Shown in pieces: positions 30,033-40,943 of a stretch of DNA of 64,000 bases. The stretch's first letter is position 1, and each line of letters begins with the position of its first letter. This DNA comes from Candidatus Hydrogenedentota bacterium (GTDB lineage: Bacteria > Hydrogenedentota > Hydrogenedentia > Hydrogenedentales > SLHB01): contig CAXXTH010000011.1 of assembly GCA_963668025.2 (NCBI GenBank), positions 160,001 to 224,000 on the forward strand. The letters are read 5' to 3'. A program made the position numbers and the translations under genes. A model generated the notes under the pieces. It was not told where the DNA came from. It searched no databases and saw nothing but the letters and a program-made list of their open reading frames with translations.

Positions 30033-32100
30033 TTATTCAGATAGGGGAAACGTTGGCGGCGCATCTACTGAATCAAGCACGATCATGGCCTTTTGCCCCG
30101 CCATGACGCGTTCTCCGCCCGCGACGCGTTTAGACTGCTCCACGCCGCAAATATCATAAGGTGAGGTGCGGGCCGTATTGAGCCTAATGCGCCATTCACC
30201 AGGCGGTATGATGAAGGTGACTGGCTCAGTGGTAGGATTAAAGAGCATATACAGCGCCACGCCAATATTTTCGCTCCCATCGATGCGGCAGGCGATGGCC
30301 AATTCCCCCGAGGCCCAATCTACATCCTTTCCCGCGGCGCTATACCAAAGCAAATCGGGATTCTGTCCGGTTTTCTTTGGCTGGCCCGTAAAAAAGGCCG
30401 TTCTCGAAAACACCGGATTGGCTTTCCGAAATCGGATGGTTTCTTTGCAGAAGCGGAACAGATCCGCATTCTTCTCAACCAGCCGCCAGTCTAGCCACGA
30501 GAGCTCGTTATCCTGGCAATAGGCGTTATTATTACCTAGCTTCGTGCGGTTAAATTCATCGCCGCTCAGCAACATAGGCACGCCCAGTGAACAGAACAGC
30601 GTGGCGATATAGCTTTTCTGAAGCCGCAGCCGAAGCGCTTGGATGATGGGGTCATCGGTCTCACCTTCCTCACCGCAGTTCCAGGAGTAGTTTTCATCCG
30701 CCCCATCACGGTTGTTTTCGCCATTCGCTTCATTATGTTTGCGGTTATAGGACACGAGATCATGCAAAGTGAACCCATCATGGGCCGTGATGAAGTTAAT
30801 GCTGTGCTGGGGCGTACGGCCATTATGCTGATATAAATCAGGGCTTCCTGTTATGCGCCGGGCAAAATCGCCTTTCGCCCCTGCATCGCCCCGCCAAAAA
30901 CGCCGCATGTCGTCGCGGTATCGTCCATTCCATTCCGCCCAGCGGCCGCGCCCAAATCCGCCTACTTGATATCCCCCCGCCAAATCCCATGGTTCTGCGA
31001 TGATCTTCACATTGCGAAGCAGCGGGTCTTCCTCGATCCGCTGCACCAGCGGCGAATCCGCACTCAAAAGGCCATCGCGGTCCCGGTTCAGAATACACGC
31101 CAAATCAAAACGGAACCCGTCCACATCGAACTCCGCCACCCAATACCGCAGGCAATCCAGTATCAAATCGCTCATAACCGGATGGCTGCATTGCAGCGTA
31201 TTGCCGCAGCCCGTCATATCGCGGTATTTGCCATCCGCCCCGACATAATAATAGATAAGGTTGTCGATGCCGCGAAAGGATAGCGCAGGCTCCTTTTCCC
31301 CTTGTTCCGCTGAATGGTTAAAAACCACATCGAGAATCACTTCGATGCCCGCTTCATGAAAAGCATCGATCATCTCGCGAAATTCCGTGATCTGTGAACC
31401 GGGGCCGTCACCAACGGCATACCAGGCGTCCGGCGCGAAAAAACCAATGGGCTGGTATCCCCAATAATTGACCAAAGGCTTGCCCGTGAGGGGATCCTTC
31501 CGTTTGGGCATTTCGCGCTCGCCGCAATAATGAACCGGAAGCAATTCCACCGTGGTAACACCTAAGTCCAACAAATAAGGGATTTTTTCCCGGGCGGAAC
31601 GAAATGTGCCCCCGAATGTGGCGTTTGAACTCGGATGGGCGGTCAGACCTTTTACATGAACTTCATACACAACTGTATCTTGAGGAGCCACCCGCATCCG
31701 GGAGACACGCGGCCTATCCAGGCGTTCGACTACCACGCAACGCATTTGGACGCTTCCCGCATTTCCCTCGATGGCCCGGGGCATAGGGATCAACCAGGTA
31801 ACGTGAAGCATCATAAAAATGCCCGAATTGAGGCGATTTTGGCCCATCCATCCGATACATGTACAGAGCAGATGGCGCTAATCCTTTAACGAAAACCGTC
31901 CAGATGTCGCCCAAGCGGTGGATATCCGGCTCCAGCGCATATTCAATGGATGGTTTCTCTGCGCCAGGTTCGAAGAGAGCCAGCCACACCGCCGTGGCAT
32001 GGCGGCTCACGACAGCGAATTGCACCCCGCCGTCCCGTATGCTCGCTCCCAGTGGCGAGGGCCTTCCTGGCAATAATTCAAGACGCTCCTTGGCAATCAT
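30033..32100 (-). CDS. glgX: Glycogen debranching enzyme (GH13); frameshift at the G4 run 31778-31781
   Basis: PLGA..DGGVQFA, DPYA/RAI junction, YEVHVKG, NYWGY, DVVFNH, DGFRFDLA, IAEPWD, AHDGFTL, GNNNAYCQDN. Confidence 0.93.
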
Positions 32101-32139
32101 CCGCGCTTTCCTGCTCCTTTTTTTATTATTCACATGGCG

Positions 32140-33117
32140 CTAGGCCGAACGCACGTGTTCACGGCTTTTAGCCAAGATGCGCAGCATCCAATCCAGATTC
32201 GCCAGCGCCGTCTCCCCGCCTGACACGCACCGGCCCACGAGGAACTCGCGGATGAGCAAGCGCATCATATCGGGATATTCCACTTCTTCATCCGATGAGA
32301 TGATTTTCGCGCTAAATTGCCCTTCCGCATCCCGCTGGGCATCCACGGCCATTGAGAATCCATTAATCTCGAATCGGCGTACATTCGCGGGCTCTTGCGT
32401 CGTATTTTTACCGCAAACCTCACAAAATACGCGCCTTCCCAGTGCATTGATAATCTCAAATTGCGCCGTGGCCTCATACCCGTGAAACTGCGTGCGGATC
32501 GTGTCTTCCACCAGCCGACCCATGGGAGCCAACTCCTGAAGCACACTCAGCGCATGTGGCGACAAATCGACCCAGGTGCGCTCCGGATCCGCCGGACGCC
32601 CTTTGGCGGGCGTTTCCAGGTGGCCCAGGTACAAGCGTATAGGCTCCACGCCGCGCGCATTATAAAAGAGTTCTCGGAACATATACGCTCCAAGCGAGTA
32701 CTGCGTGCATAATCCTAGCAGTAAACTGTTCCGTGAAGCCAAATGGACAAGCTCTTGCGCCTGCTCCCGCAATGCATCATGCGGCAAGGCGGAATCGTAC
32801 ACGAATGGCTTTTCACACAGCACATGGCTTCCGGCATCAAGGGCTTTCCGGACATGGGCGTAATGGAATGGGGGAGGCGAGCACACATCCACGATATGCG
32901 GTTTCTCTTCCTCGAGCATTTCATCGCAATCCGTGTAGCCTTTCGCCTCAATGCCATAGCTCTCATGGAGCATTTCACGCGTCTTCGCCACTGATTCCGC
33001 GGTGGTTCCCACGAACGCACACACATGCGCCCCTTCCACCCGCCACCAATTCGCATGAAACCGCCCAATCCCGCGCGCGCCAACTACCGCTACTTTCGTT
33101 TCCGAATTCGGGTTCAT
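32140..33117 (-). CDS. Gfo/Idh/MocA-family oxidoreductase
   Basis: VVGARGIG, VCSPPPFH, HVLCEKP. Confidence 0.85.
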   Translation of the reverse strand: MNPNSETKVAVVGARGIGRFHANWWRVEGAHVCAFVGTTAESVAKTREMLHESYGIEAKGYTDCDEMLEEEKPHIVDVCSPPPFHYAHVRKALDAGSHVLCEKPFVYDSALPHDALREQAQELVHLASRNSLLLGLCTQYSLGAYMFRELFYNARGVEPIRLYLGHLETPAKGRPADPERTWVDLSPHALSVLQELAPMGRLVEDTIRTQFHGYEATAQFEIINALGRRVFCEVCGKNTTQEPANVRRFEINGFSMAVDAQRDAEGQFSAKIISSDEEVEYPDMMRLLIREFLVGRCVSGGETALANLDWMLRILAKSREHVRSA

Positions 33118-34070
33118 AAATATTCTTCGTCCTCTTCGGTAAAGCTTTCGTTGTCTGCACTGTCAAATGCGCCAGATTCGACGTCTTCTTCAGCCCCGTC
33201 TTCCTCGTCCCATCGCGCGAAAATAACGGACTCCAGGCGTTGCTTGCGCATATACGCCAGTATGGCCAGCACAGCCATAATTTGGAATAATCCGAATCCA
33301 GAGATAATCCAGAATACCACACTGTATTTCCAGAGTGAACCGCGCCATGCCTCGAAAAAATCGGGCGGATTCAAGTGGGCGTGAAGCCGCATGGCGTCGC
33401 CGAAAGACATCTCCCGCTGCGCGCGCACCACCGTCCAAAAGGTATCGTCTCCAAGAGCATCCCTCAGATATATCGTCATCAAGAGGCTTTGGGCGTAGGC
33501 GTCGCCAAATTCTTCCGCTTCGCCAGGTTCGCGCATGAAATACACCATATCACGGTAAGGGATGATGCGCCCCTGCAATTGCATCTGCGCTACCCGGAGC
33601 ACGCTATTCCAGCGATTCTCCTTCGAAAGAATCATGGCGATGCCCTCATTCAGCCAGCGCGGGAGGTGGTCTTCATTCGTGTTGCGCGCGAGCAGGACAT
33701 GCGCCAATTCATGGCGCAGCACCCCCGTGAAGTCGCCAGGCGATTGGATCAAACGCGGCGCTTTCACGACAATGAGCCCTTTATCGGGCCGCGCGATGCC
33801 GCTTACATTCGGAACGCCATACGCGCCCGCGCGCCGCTCGAATTCGGCGGTATTCGTACAGATGATTATGCGGATAGGCGTATCGCCCGCAGGCAGTTGG
33901 GAGGCAAATTCGGCGGTGCCTTGTTCCACGATGGCCAAGGCGTCCCGCGCCGTCGAGGCGTCCCGGGGAGCATATTGAATCTGAAACAAACCTTGGGCCA
34001 GCACATCGCCCAGCGCATGCCCGGCCAGCAGCAAGAAAATAGCGAGCCACATCCAATGGAAGCTCCGCAT
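33114..34070 (-). CDS. Peptidase MA-like zinc metalloprotease, membrane anchored
   Basis: Signal peptide; HELAH...PRWLNEGIA; AYAQS; C-terminal TM and acidic tail. Confidence 0.8.
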   Translation of the reverse strand: MRSFHWMWLAIFLLLAGHALGDVLAQGLFQIQYAPRDASTARDALAIVEQGTAEFASQLPAGDTPIRIIICTNTAEFERRAGAYGVPNVSGIARPDKGLIVVKAPRLIQSPGDFTGVLRHELAHVLLARNTNEDHLPRWLNEGIAMILSKENRWNSVLRVAQMQLQGRIIPYRDMVYFMREPGEAEEFGDAYAQSLLMTIYLRDALGDDTFWTVVRAQREMSFGDAMRLHAHLNPPDFFEAWRGSLWKYSVVFWIISGFGLFQIMAVLAILAYMRKQRLESVIFARWDEEDGAEEDVESGAFDSADNESFTEEDEEYL

Positions 34071-34074
34071 GGCC

Positions 34075-37000
34075 TTATTCAAGCGCCACGGAACGTAATT
34101 CGGGCCTAAGCGTTGCAATCGACTCCTCCGCGCGGACACGGGTGGATTCCAGCCAGGCGCCATCCACCGCCACTTCATACGCCGCGCCGGAATCAATGTA
34201 GCACAAATGCGCCAATGGCGGCGCTTGGCCGCGCAAGCGCAGCAACGCCAGCGCGTACAGCCGGATCTGCCATTCATACACGGCCTGGGCCTGTGGCTGC
34301 GGCTGGCCTGTTTTATAGTCCGCCAGGCTCCCATCGGAGAACAGCACGTCAATCGCACCGGTGACTACCGCCATATCCAGCCGAAACGCGAACGGCTGCT
34401 CGCGCACGGCATTCGGCTCCGCCACCAAGCGCTGGCCCATGGGGCGTCGCGCGGAATTGTTCCGCCCGATCCAGCAAATAGGGCTCCAATGCCCGCCGCA
34501 TGGCCAAGGCGGGGCACAAGCGGTGCAGCACCCGCTGGACCACTGGTGCGGCGTTGGATGCAAAATCCCACTCCTGAAACACCGTGTGGAGCGCCGTTCC
34601 CCGTAAGGCAGGGTCGATGTCCAATCCTCCATGCGGGGCCGGAATGGGGGAGGGGGGCATCCATAGGCGCATCATCCCGTGCCATGGCCTTGGCCAGCAC
34701 GTTCACCGGAATACGTGTGCATGGGGCCGCCGCTAGGTGGATTGGGGCTATGCGCTGGCGCAATACTTCAAAAGGCGGATGCTCCGCTGGCGCGGATTCC
34801 GCTGTCGCACCTGCTGATTCCGGGATTTGCCGCCGCACCAGGGCCTCCCAGCCTTCTCCGCGAATGCGCCGCTCCTCTTCCGAACCAACAACGTGATAAA
34901 CCTGCTCGAAAGACTCCATAAGGGTATTCGCCTGTCTTTCCGGCGCGCCGCTGAGGATGAGCCAGTCGCGCACGCGGGTCATGGCGACATATAGCAGGCG
35001 CGCCGCCTCGGCTTTTTCTTTTCGGGACTCCTGGCGCGCTATGAGCTGAAGTAGCGCAGGCTTTGCCGATTCGCCAGACTCATCTTGAATAGACGTGCAA
35101 AGGCCCGCTCGCCGCTCCACCGCCAGCCGCGCGCCAGCCCCGCGCTGGCCTGCGCGCGCCAGGTCGGGCACGCAGACAATCGGAAATTCCAGCCCTTTTG
35201 CTTTGTGGATGGTCATCAACGTTACGGCGCGGGAATCCGCGTCATAGGCGGCTTCGCCCTCCCGCACCTCCGACGCGCCTATTTCTTCGAGATACCGCAC
35301 GAACGCCGGCAAACTGGCGCGGCCGGTTTGCGTAAACGCCAAAGCGAGGTCTATCAGCTTGCGGACATTCAATGCGCGCTGCACACCCATATGCTGCGAA
35401 AGGGCCAGCGCTTCATATTGCGTGCGCTCGATAATGCGCCGTATCAGCGCGGGCAGGGGCAAATCTGTTTCAGTACGCAGTGCCGCAATCAGCGTCCGCG
35501 CCGCCGCTAGGGCGTCCGCCTCGGAAAATCCCTCCGGCGGCCCCTGCTGGAACGCCGACACCAAGCTCCCGCTCGAGGCAAGCTCTACGAGGGCGTTATC
35601 AGACAGCCCCGCGATAGGCCCTCGCAAAAAAGCGGCGAGGATCATCTCATCCATGGGATTCACGAGGACATGCAGCAAGTTCACGATATCCATGACTTCC
35701 TGCCGCGCGTAATATCCCACGCCCGCCACCACTTGGTAAGGCACGCCTTGTTCGCGCAACGCGCGCTCGTACACCGGCACATCCGAAAAGGCCCGGAACA
35801 ACATGGCCACGTCGCCATAATCCGCCGCACGCATGCCGCCATCTTTCGCGCCCACCATCACCGGCTCGGAGCCGCCGCACATCGCCGCGATACGCCGGGC
35901 CAGCAGGCCCGCCTCGGCGGCGCGATACTCATCCAGATTCGCCGAAACACCTTCCTTCTGCATCAACTGCGGAATGATGAATTCCACCCGGCAAGCCTCC
36001 GGCGCTTCCCGGCTGGGGGCCATGGGATGATACGGCTCCTCGACGGCGGCCAGCAGCCCCGTGCGCTTGAAGAAATCATTGATGAAGTGGATGAGCGGAG
36101 CCACGGTGCGGTAATTGCAATCGAGGTGAATGGCGCGCCCGCCTCCATGTTCCTGGACATCATGAAAAACCTCGACTTCCGCGCCGCGAAAACGGTAGAT
36201 GGACTGCTTCGCGTCGCCCACGATAAAGACACGCAGCTCGGGGCGGGCCTTTTGCAGCAGCCGGGCGATTTCATACTGGTCAGGATCCGTGTCCTGAAAC
36301 TCGTCCATCAGCAAATGGGATATGCCCCGCGCTAAGCGGTTGCGGACGCCTTCGTTATCGCGCAACACCACGACGGCATGGCGGATCAAATCGTTATAAT
36401 CCAGCACCGTGCGCGCGCTCTTCGCCTCTTCATACGCCGCCAGTACGCAGCGGAAGACATGGTGCAGATCGCAGGTAAGCTGCGCCGCCTCGAATTCCAG
36501 TTCATCGGAAATAGAGGTGAGCTGATAAGATTTGGCGATCTCCCGGAGCCGTTCCTGCAAGTCTTTGGCGTCATCATAAACCAATGCGGATTCCCAGTTT
36601 GCCCGCAGAGATCGACCGGGCACTTTTTGCGCCAGTTGTTCCAGCAGCGCATCGAAAGCTTCCAGCTCCGGTTTTTCGGCAAACTGCCGCAGGCCGCCGA
36701 GCATGATCTTACGCAAGACCTCCCGGCCGTCGCCGCCTTTATTGCAATACCCTTCGATGGCGGCCAGGCGTCCCGTAATATCTTCAACTTCCGCGTCCTT
36801 GCGAAAGGCCTCCATGTCTTCCATCCGCAAGGCTTCGGCGCGCTCCCGCCAAACGGCGCGCAGGGCGTTCGCATTATCTAGCGGCAATCCCGAAGCCGCC
36901 GCTTCGAGCATGGCCGCTTTCCGCACCCATTTGGTTGTTTCACCGATCAGCGCATTCGTGCGCAACTCCGTCGCGGCGCGCAAAGCGGCTTTATCATCGT

Positions 37001-37445
37001 TCGCAAGCAATTCATGAACCGTTTCCGCCACCACTTCGTCCAATAGCAGAAAGCTCTCCGCCTCCGAGAGCAGCGCGAAATCGGGGTCCACGCCAATAGC
37101 CAGGGCGTTTTCACGCAAGATCGAGGCGCAGAACGAATGGATGGTGCTGATGCGCGCGCTCTCGATGCACCGGGCGATGCCGCGCCAGCGCTCCATCACC
37201 TGCGCGTCCTCGTGGGATTCCTTCTCACGGCACTTGGCACGCAGGCGCTCGCGCATCTCCGCCGCCGCCGCGTCCGTGAAGGTGATGGCCACGATCTCTT
37301 CCAGCGGCGCATTTTCCGTTTCCAGGATCCGCGCGATGCGCTCGATCAACACGCTCGTCTTGCCCGAACCCGCCGCCGCGATCACGCACAGATTTTCATC
37401 TAGCGTCGAAATGGCTTCTAGCTGCCCTGGATTCCACGTCGTCAT
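34075..37445 (-). CDS. addA: AddA/RecB-like UvrD helicase-nuclease; two frameshifts (~34646-34657 and ~34441-34444)
   Basis: AAAGSGKT, TFTDAAA, TIHSFC, DEFQD, VGDAKQSIYRFRGA, TIHKAKGLEF, YVAMTR; nuclease motifs RGTALH, GAIDVL, DYKTG, QIRLY in shifted frames. Confidence 0.88.
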
Positions 37446-37470
37446 TACAAGACCTTACGAGTAGTTTTTG

Positions 37471-37800
37471 ACCACAAAATACACCAAACACACGCAAAAT
37501 GTAGGGTGGGGCTTGCCCCACCGTTCAAAGCGGCACCCTTTCTATTCGCATCATTTCCCATCTGTACTACTAACGAACAAAATCTTGTTTTCTTGCGAAG
37601 ATTTTCTATGTAAGTCAAACTAAATCAATTTGTTATAGTATACATCTTCTATGATGTTTTGGTTGGCTCTTCCTTTGACTGGTGGGGCAAGCCCCACCCT
37701 ACGCTTTATATTTTAGTGTAATTAGTGTATTTCGTGGTTAAAATCCGGATCCTTGGTTGCGGCTTTGCAGCGCTAGGTCATCAGCGTCATCCGTGGATCG
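37471..37800. repeat. MITE/REPIN-like element between addB and addA
   Basis: Perfect 22-bp inverted repeat GTAGGGTGGGGCTTGCCCCACC (37501-37522 / 37681-37702) flanked by imperfect inverted accac.aaatacac arms (37471-37500 / 37710-37740); AT-rich core. Confidence 0.8.
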
Positions 37801-40800
37801 GAAACCATCACCACCCAACATCTCGCGCTTGCGTTCGACACGCCCCCGTTCATACCGGCACACGCGCCGGGCGGGACAGTGCTTGCAGGCCTCTTTTTCA
37901 GGAGTGGGAGGGAAGAATCCCCCGCGTATGCCGCTTAGCACACGCTCGACGGCGGCGACAGCGCTCTCCATTGCGGGCAGGCTTTTTTCATCCGCGCAAA
38001 CTAAAACACATTTCTTCGGCTTCACGCCAAGCTGGATATATCCCGCTTCGGCGCATGCCTCATCTTCGGCCAAATGCCGTTCGAGGGCCATCACATAAAT
38101 CGGCAATTGGACGGATTTCCCCGTTTTGATGGCATTTCCCGATGGCGGCTCGCCGGTTTTGTAATCCACGACCCGCAGTCCCGCGTCCGAGCGGTCAATG
38201 CGGTCAATCTTGCCGCTGAAGCGCACTTCGCCCTGCGCGGTTTCCAGTTTGAATGGCTCCGGCGTGTTCCAGTCGTCGTGGGAGCGGTCCTGCACTCTCC
38301 CGAAAGAGACCTCGAAATGCTCCGGCTTCCACGCAGCGTCCCCAGCTTCCATTTCCCAATGCACATACCGCTCCAGCAGGCGGGCCAGCGATTGCCGCTC
38401 GGCCTCGAGCACACCCCGCAAGATGCGCGGAGCGCGCCGCGTCAATTCCGCCATCAGACGATCCGCTTCGGCGCACAGCAAGGCGTCCGCATGGGAGATC
38501 TCGGCAATGGCGAGTCCGCGATGGGCCTCATGGAACGCATGCAGGGCTTCATGGGCGATCCGCCCGCGCTCCCGCGCGTCAAACTCCGCCACGGGCTCCT
38601 CAATCTCCTCGATGCCCAGCACACGCTGCACGAAAAAGCGGAAGGGGCAATCCAGATAGGTCTCGATCTGTTCGACGCTATACGCATGGCTTTCGGAAAA
38701 CCGTTCCCGCACCCGCGCCGCGCCCGTTTGGTCCAACACGCCGTCAAAACAGCCAAATGGGCCGTTGTTACGCCGTTCCTGCTCCATGCGGATGCCGGTG
38801 GGCAATCCAGAAACGATGTCCGCGCCCCAATCGGCCAGCGGCCAGCGGCGGGATACGGCGGCGGCAGCCAAATCGCGCGGCATGGCCAGATTTTCCAGCG
38901 CGGGCGCAATGGCGTCTTCCGAGGTAATCCGCTGTTCAACGCACTGCCCGCCGAACAGGCGCAGCAAATCGATCAAATAGGGGCTTCTCCGGCGTTCTTT
39001 GCCATCCGGCCCTGCCGTTTGCCAGCTCACGAATAATTCTTTTTCCGCCGCGGCCACGGCATGCAGAAACAGCGCCAGCTCCCGGTCGCCCTGGGCTTGC
39101 CTCGAATCCAGCGGCACGCCCGCCGCCTCGAAGTCGCGCGCGTCCTCTTCCGAGTAGATCGCGTTCACCCGGGGCGCACGCGGCCATTCACCCTCGTTCA
39201 ACCCGGCAATGAACACATACGGTGCGCGCAGATTACGCATGCCGGAGGCATCGACACATCGCACGCCCTCTTCCGGCTGGGGGATGGAATAGGCCTCACC
39301 GCGCATGCCCTGCCGAAGCAGCGCCAGAAAATCACGGCGCGCCAGGGGCGTATCCTGGCCTTCATGCCAAGCATGGAGCATTCCCAATGTATTATGCAGT
39401 TCCTTGAGCGCGGCGGACTCCGCCGTGCGCACGGCTTCATTCGGATGGGTGGCCGCCGCCGCATCCAGCCCGCATCCCTCTATGAACAATTCCAGCGCCT
39501 CGATGAAGGCGCATGCCGTGGCCTGGACCGGAATGGCTTGGGCCAACTGGTTCAGACGCTCGAACCGCTGCCGCACCGCCGCGACCGCTTCCACGGCATC
39601 GGGCAGACGCCGCGCCTGCCGTGTGAGGGTGATCTCCCGTCCTTCAGCCAGCAAGGATGCCAGCCGCTCCAGGCCATATTGCCAGTCGCCCGCACCCTCC
39701 AATATGCCCGAAAGCCGCGCCACGACCGGCGCGGCGGATAGGAGCCGGCCTTCCGTTTCATCGGCGGGCGGCAGCCACGGCGACGCCAGCAACGCGGCGG
39801 TTTCCTCGCGCGGCCAGCGCTCGATGGCTTCCAGGAATTGGAGCAGAAACGCGCACGCCGCGCTTTCAGTCAAGCGTGGTTTGTGGGCAATGCGTATCGG
39901 GATCCCACATTCCGCGAACACGGGCCGCACGAGCGCCGCCGCCTGCTCCAGATTGCGGTACGCCAGCACGATATCGCCCGCCTGCACCCCTTCATCGAGC
40001 AGCAGCGCCTTGATGCGCCGGGCGATATACTCCGCCTCCTGCACGGCGCCGGAACAGGCCGCCGCCGAGACGTTCATCCGGCAGCCATTTGGCGTTTGGG
40101 GCGCGCCACGCCATAACAGGTATTGGGCGGCGAATTGCGAAGTGGTGGCGGGGTCTGGCGGCTCGAACGCCGCATGCGCGGCGTCCAATTGTTGCGCCAG
40201 CATGCGGGCTGCCCGCCCTTGGATGGCGAATAAATCGCGCCTGTCTGGGTGGTCATCGTAATTGAGGCCAACCGCCAATTCGTCCACATGCTCCCGCAAG
40301 GCGGCCAGCAGGCGCATCTCCGACGGCGTGAAATCATCAAAACCGTCCAGGGCCAGCAACGAGACGCCTTCCAAATACGCGGGCCGCCGTTCCCGACAAA
40401 TCAGCCATGCCTCCCAGAACAAGCCAATACGGTCATAAAAGCCCCCATCGCGCAGCACGCATTGATAGGCGTCATAAATGGCCGCTAAGAGGAGATCAAG
40501 GGAGGAGCCATGCCTGCGCTGCGCCGCCCGCTCGCGAAACGCATCCGGCTCGACGGCGGCTTGTTTCAGATTTTCGATCACGCGCAGCGCATGGGACAGA
40601 AAACCTTCCGTCTCCGCCGCACGGCCCAAAGCCTTCAGCGCCCCCGTAGCGCGTACTACATCCACCGCGCGCTTGAGCGCTAGGCGTCGCTCGATGTCGG
40701 ACAACACCACGGGCCGGACGCCTTCCGCTTCCAGCAGGCGTTCGACGAAGCGGCCAAATTCCAGCACCGGCTCGCCCCATGCCCCCGGACACGATTCCAG

Positions 40801-40941
40801 CAACGCATCCATGCGCCGCGTGGCGGCGGCTTGCGTGGGGAGGATAAGCAGGGCATGGCCCCAGTGTTCCTGGAGTTGGCGGTCGATATAAAGACTGCGC
40901 GCTGAACCGGGAGGTCCTGCCAATAGCCGCGCGCGGCCCAT
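37738..40941 (-). CDS. addB: AddB-like inactive-helicase/PD-(D/E)xK nuclease subunit
   Basis: Degenerate Walker A GPPGSARS, DGFDDFT, GLNEGEWP, YLDCPFRFF, GKIDRID, VDYKTG, QLPIY, CKHCPARRVC (Fe-S cysteines). Confidence 0.85.
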   Translation of the reverse strand: MGRARLLAGPPGSARSLYIDRQLQEHWGHALLILPTQAAATRRMDALLESCPGAWGEPVLEFGRFVERLLEAEGVRPVVLSDIERRLALKRAVDVVRATGALKALGRAAETEGFLSHALRVIENLKQAAVEPDAFRERAAQRRHGSSLDLLLAAIYDAYQCVLRDGGFYDRIGLFWEAWLICRERRPAYLEGVSLLALDGFDDFTPSEMRLLAALREHVDELAVGLNYDDHPDRRDLFAIQGRAARMLAQQLDAAHAAFEPPDPATTSQFAAQYLLWRGAPQTPNGCRMNVSAAACSGAVQEAEYIARRIKALLLDEGVQAGDIVLAYRNLEQAAALVRPVFAECGIPIRIAHKPRLTESAACAFLLQFLEAIERWPREETAALLASPWLPPADETEGRLLSAAPVVARLSGILEGAGDWQYGLERLASLLAEGREITLTRQARRLPDAVEAVAAVRQRFERLNQLAQAIPVQATACAFIEALELFIEGCGLDAAAATHPNEAVRTAESAALKELHNTLGMLHAWHEGQDTPLARRDFLALLRQGMRGEAYSIPQPEEGVRCVDASGMRNLRAPYVFIAGLNEGEWPRAPRVNAIYSEEDARDFEAAGVPLDSRQAQGDRELALFLHAVAAAEKELFVSWQTAGPDGKERRRSPYLIDLLRLFGGQCVEQRITSEDAIAPALENLAMPRDLAAAAVSRRWPLADWGADIVSGLPTGIRMEQERRNNGPFGCFDGVLDQTGAARVRERFSESHAYSVEQIETYLDCPFRFFVQRVLGIEEIEEPVAEFDARERGRIAHEALHAFHEAHRGLAIAEISHADALLCAEADRLMAELTRRAPRILRGVLEAERQSLARLLERYVHWEMEAGDAAWKPEHFEVSFGRVQDRSHDDWNTPEPFKLETAQGEVRFSGKIDRIDRSDAGLRVVDYKTGEPPSGNAIKTGKSVQLPIYVMALERHLAEDEACAEAGYIQLGVKPKKCVLVCADEKSLPAMESAVAAVERVLSGIRGGFFPPTPEKEACKHCPARRVCRYERGRVERKREMLGGDGFRSTDDADDLALQSRNQGSGF

Positions 40942-40943
40942 GG

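Noticed and set aside
33114-34358. 414-aa ORF with a long N-terminal extension
   Set aside because: The extension overlaps the AddA nuclease domain in another frame; the signal peptide starts at 34070
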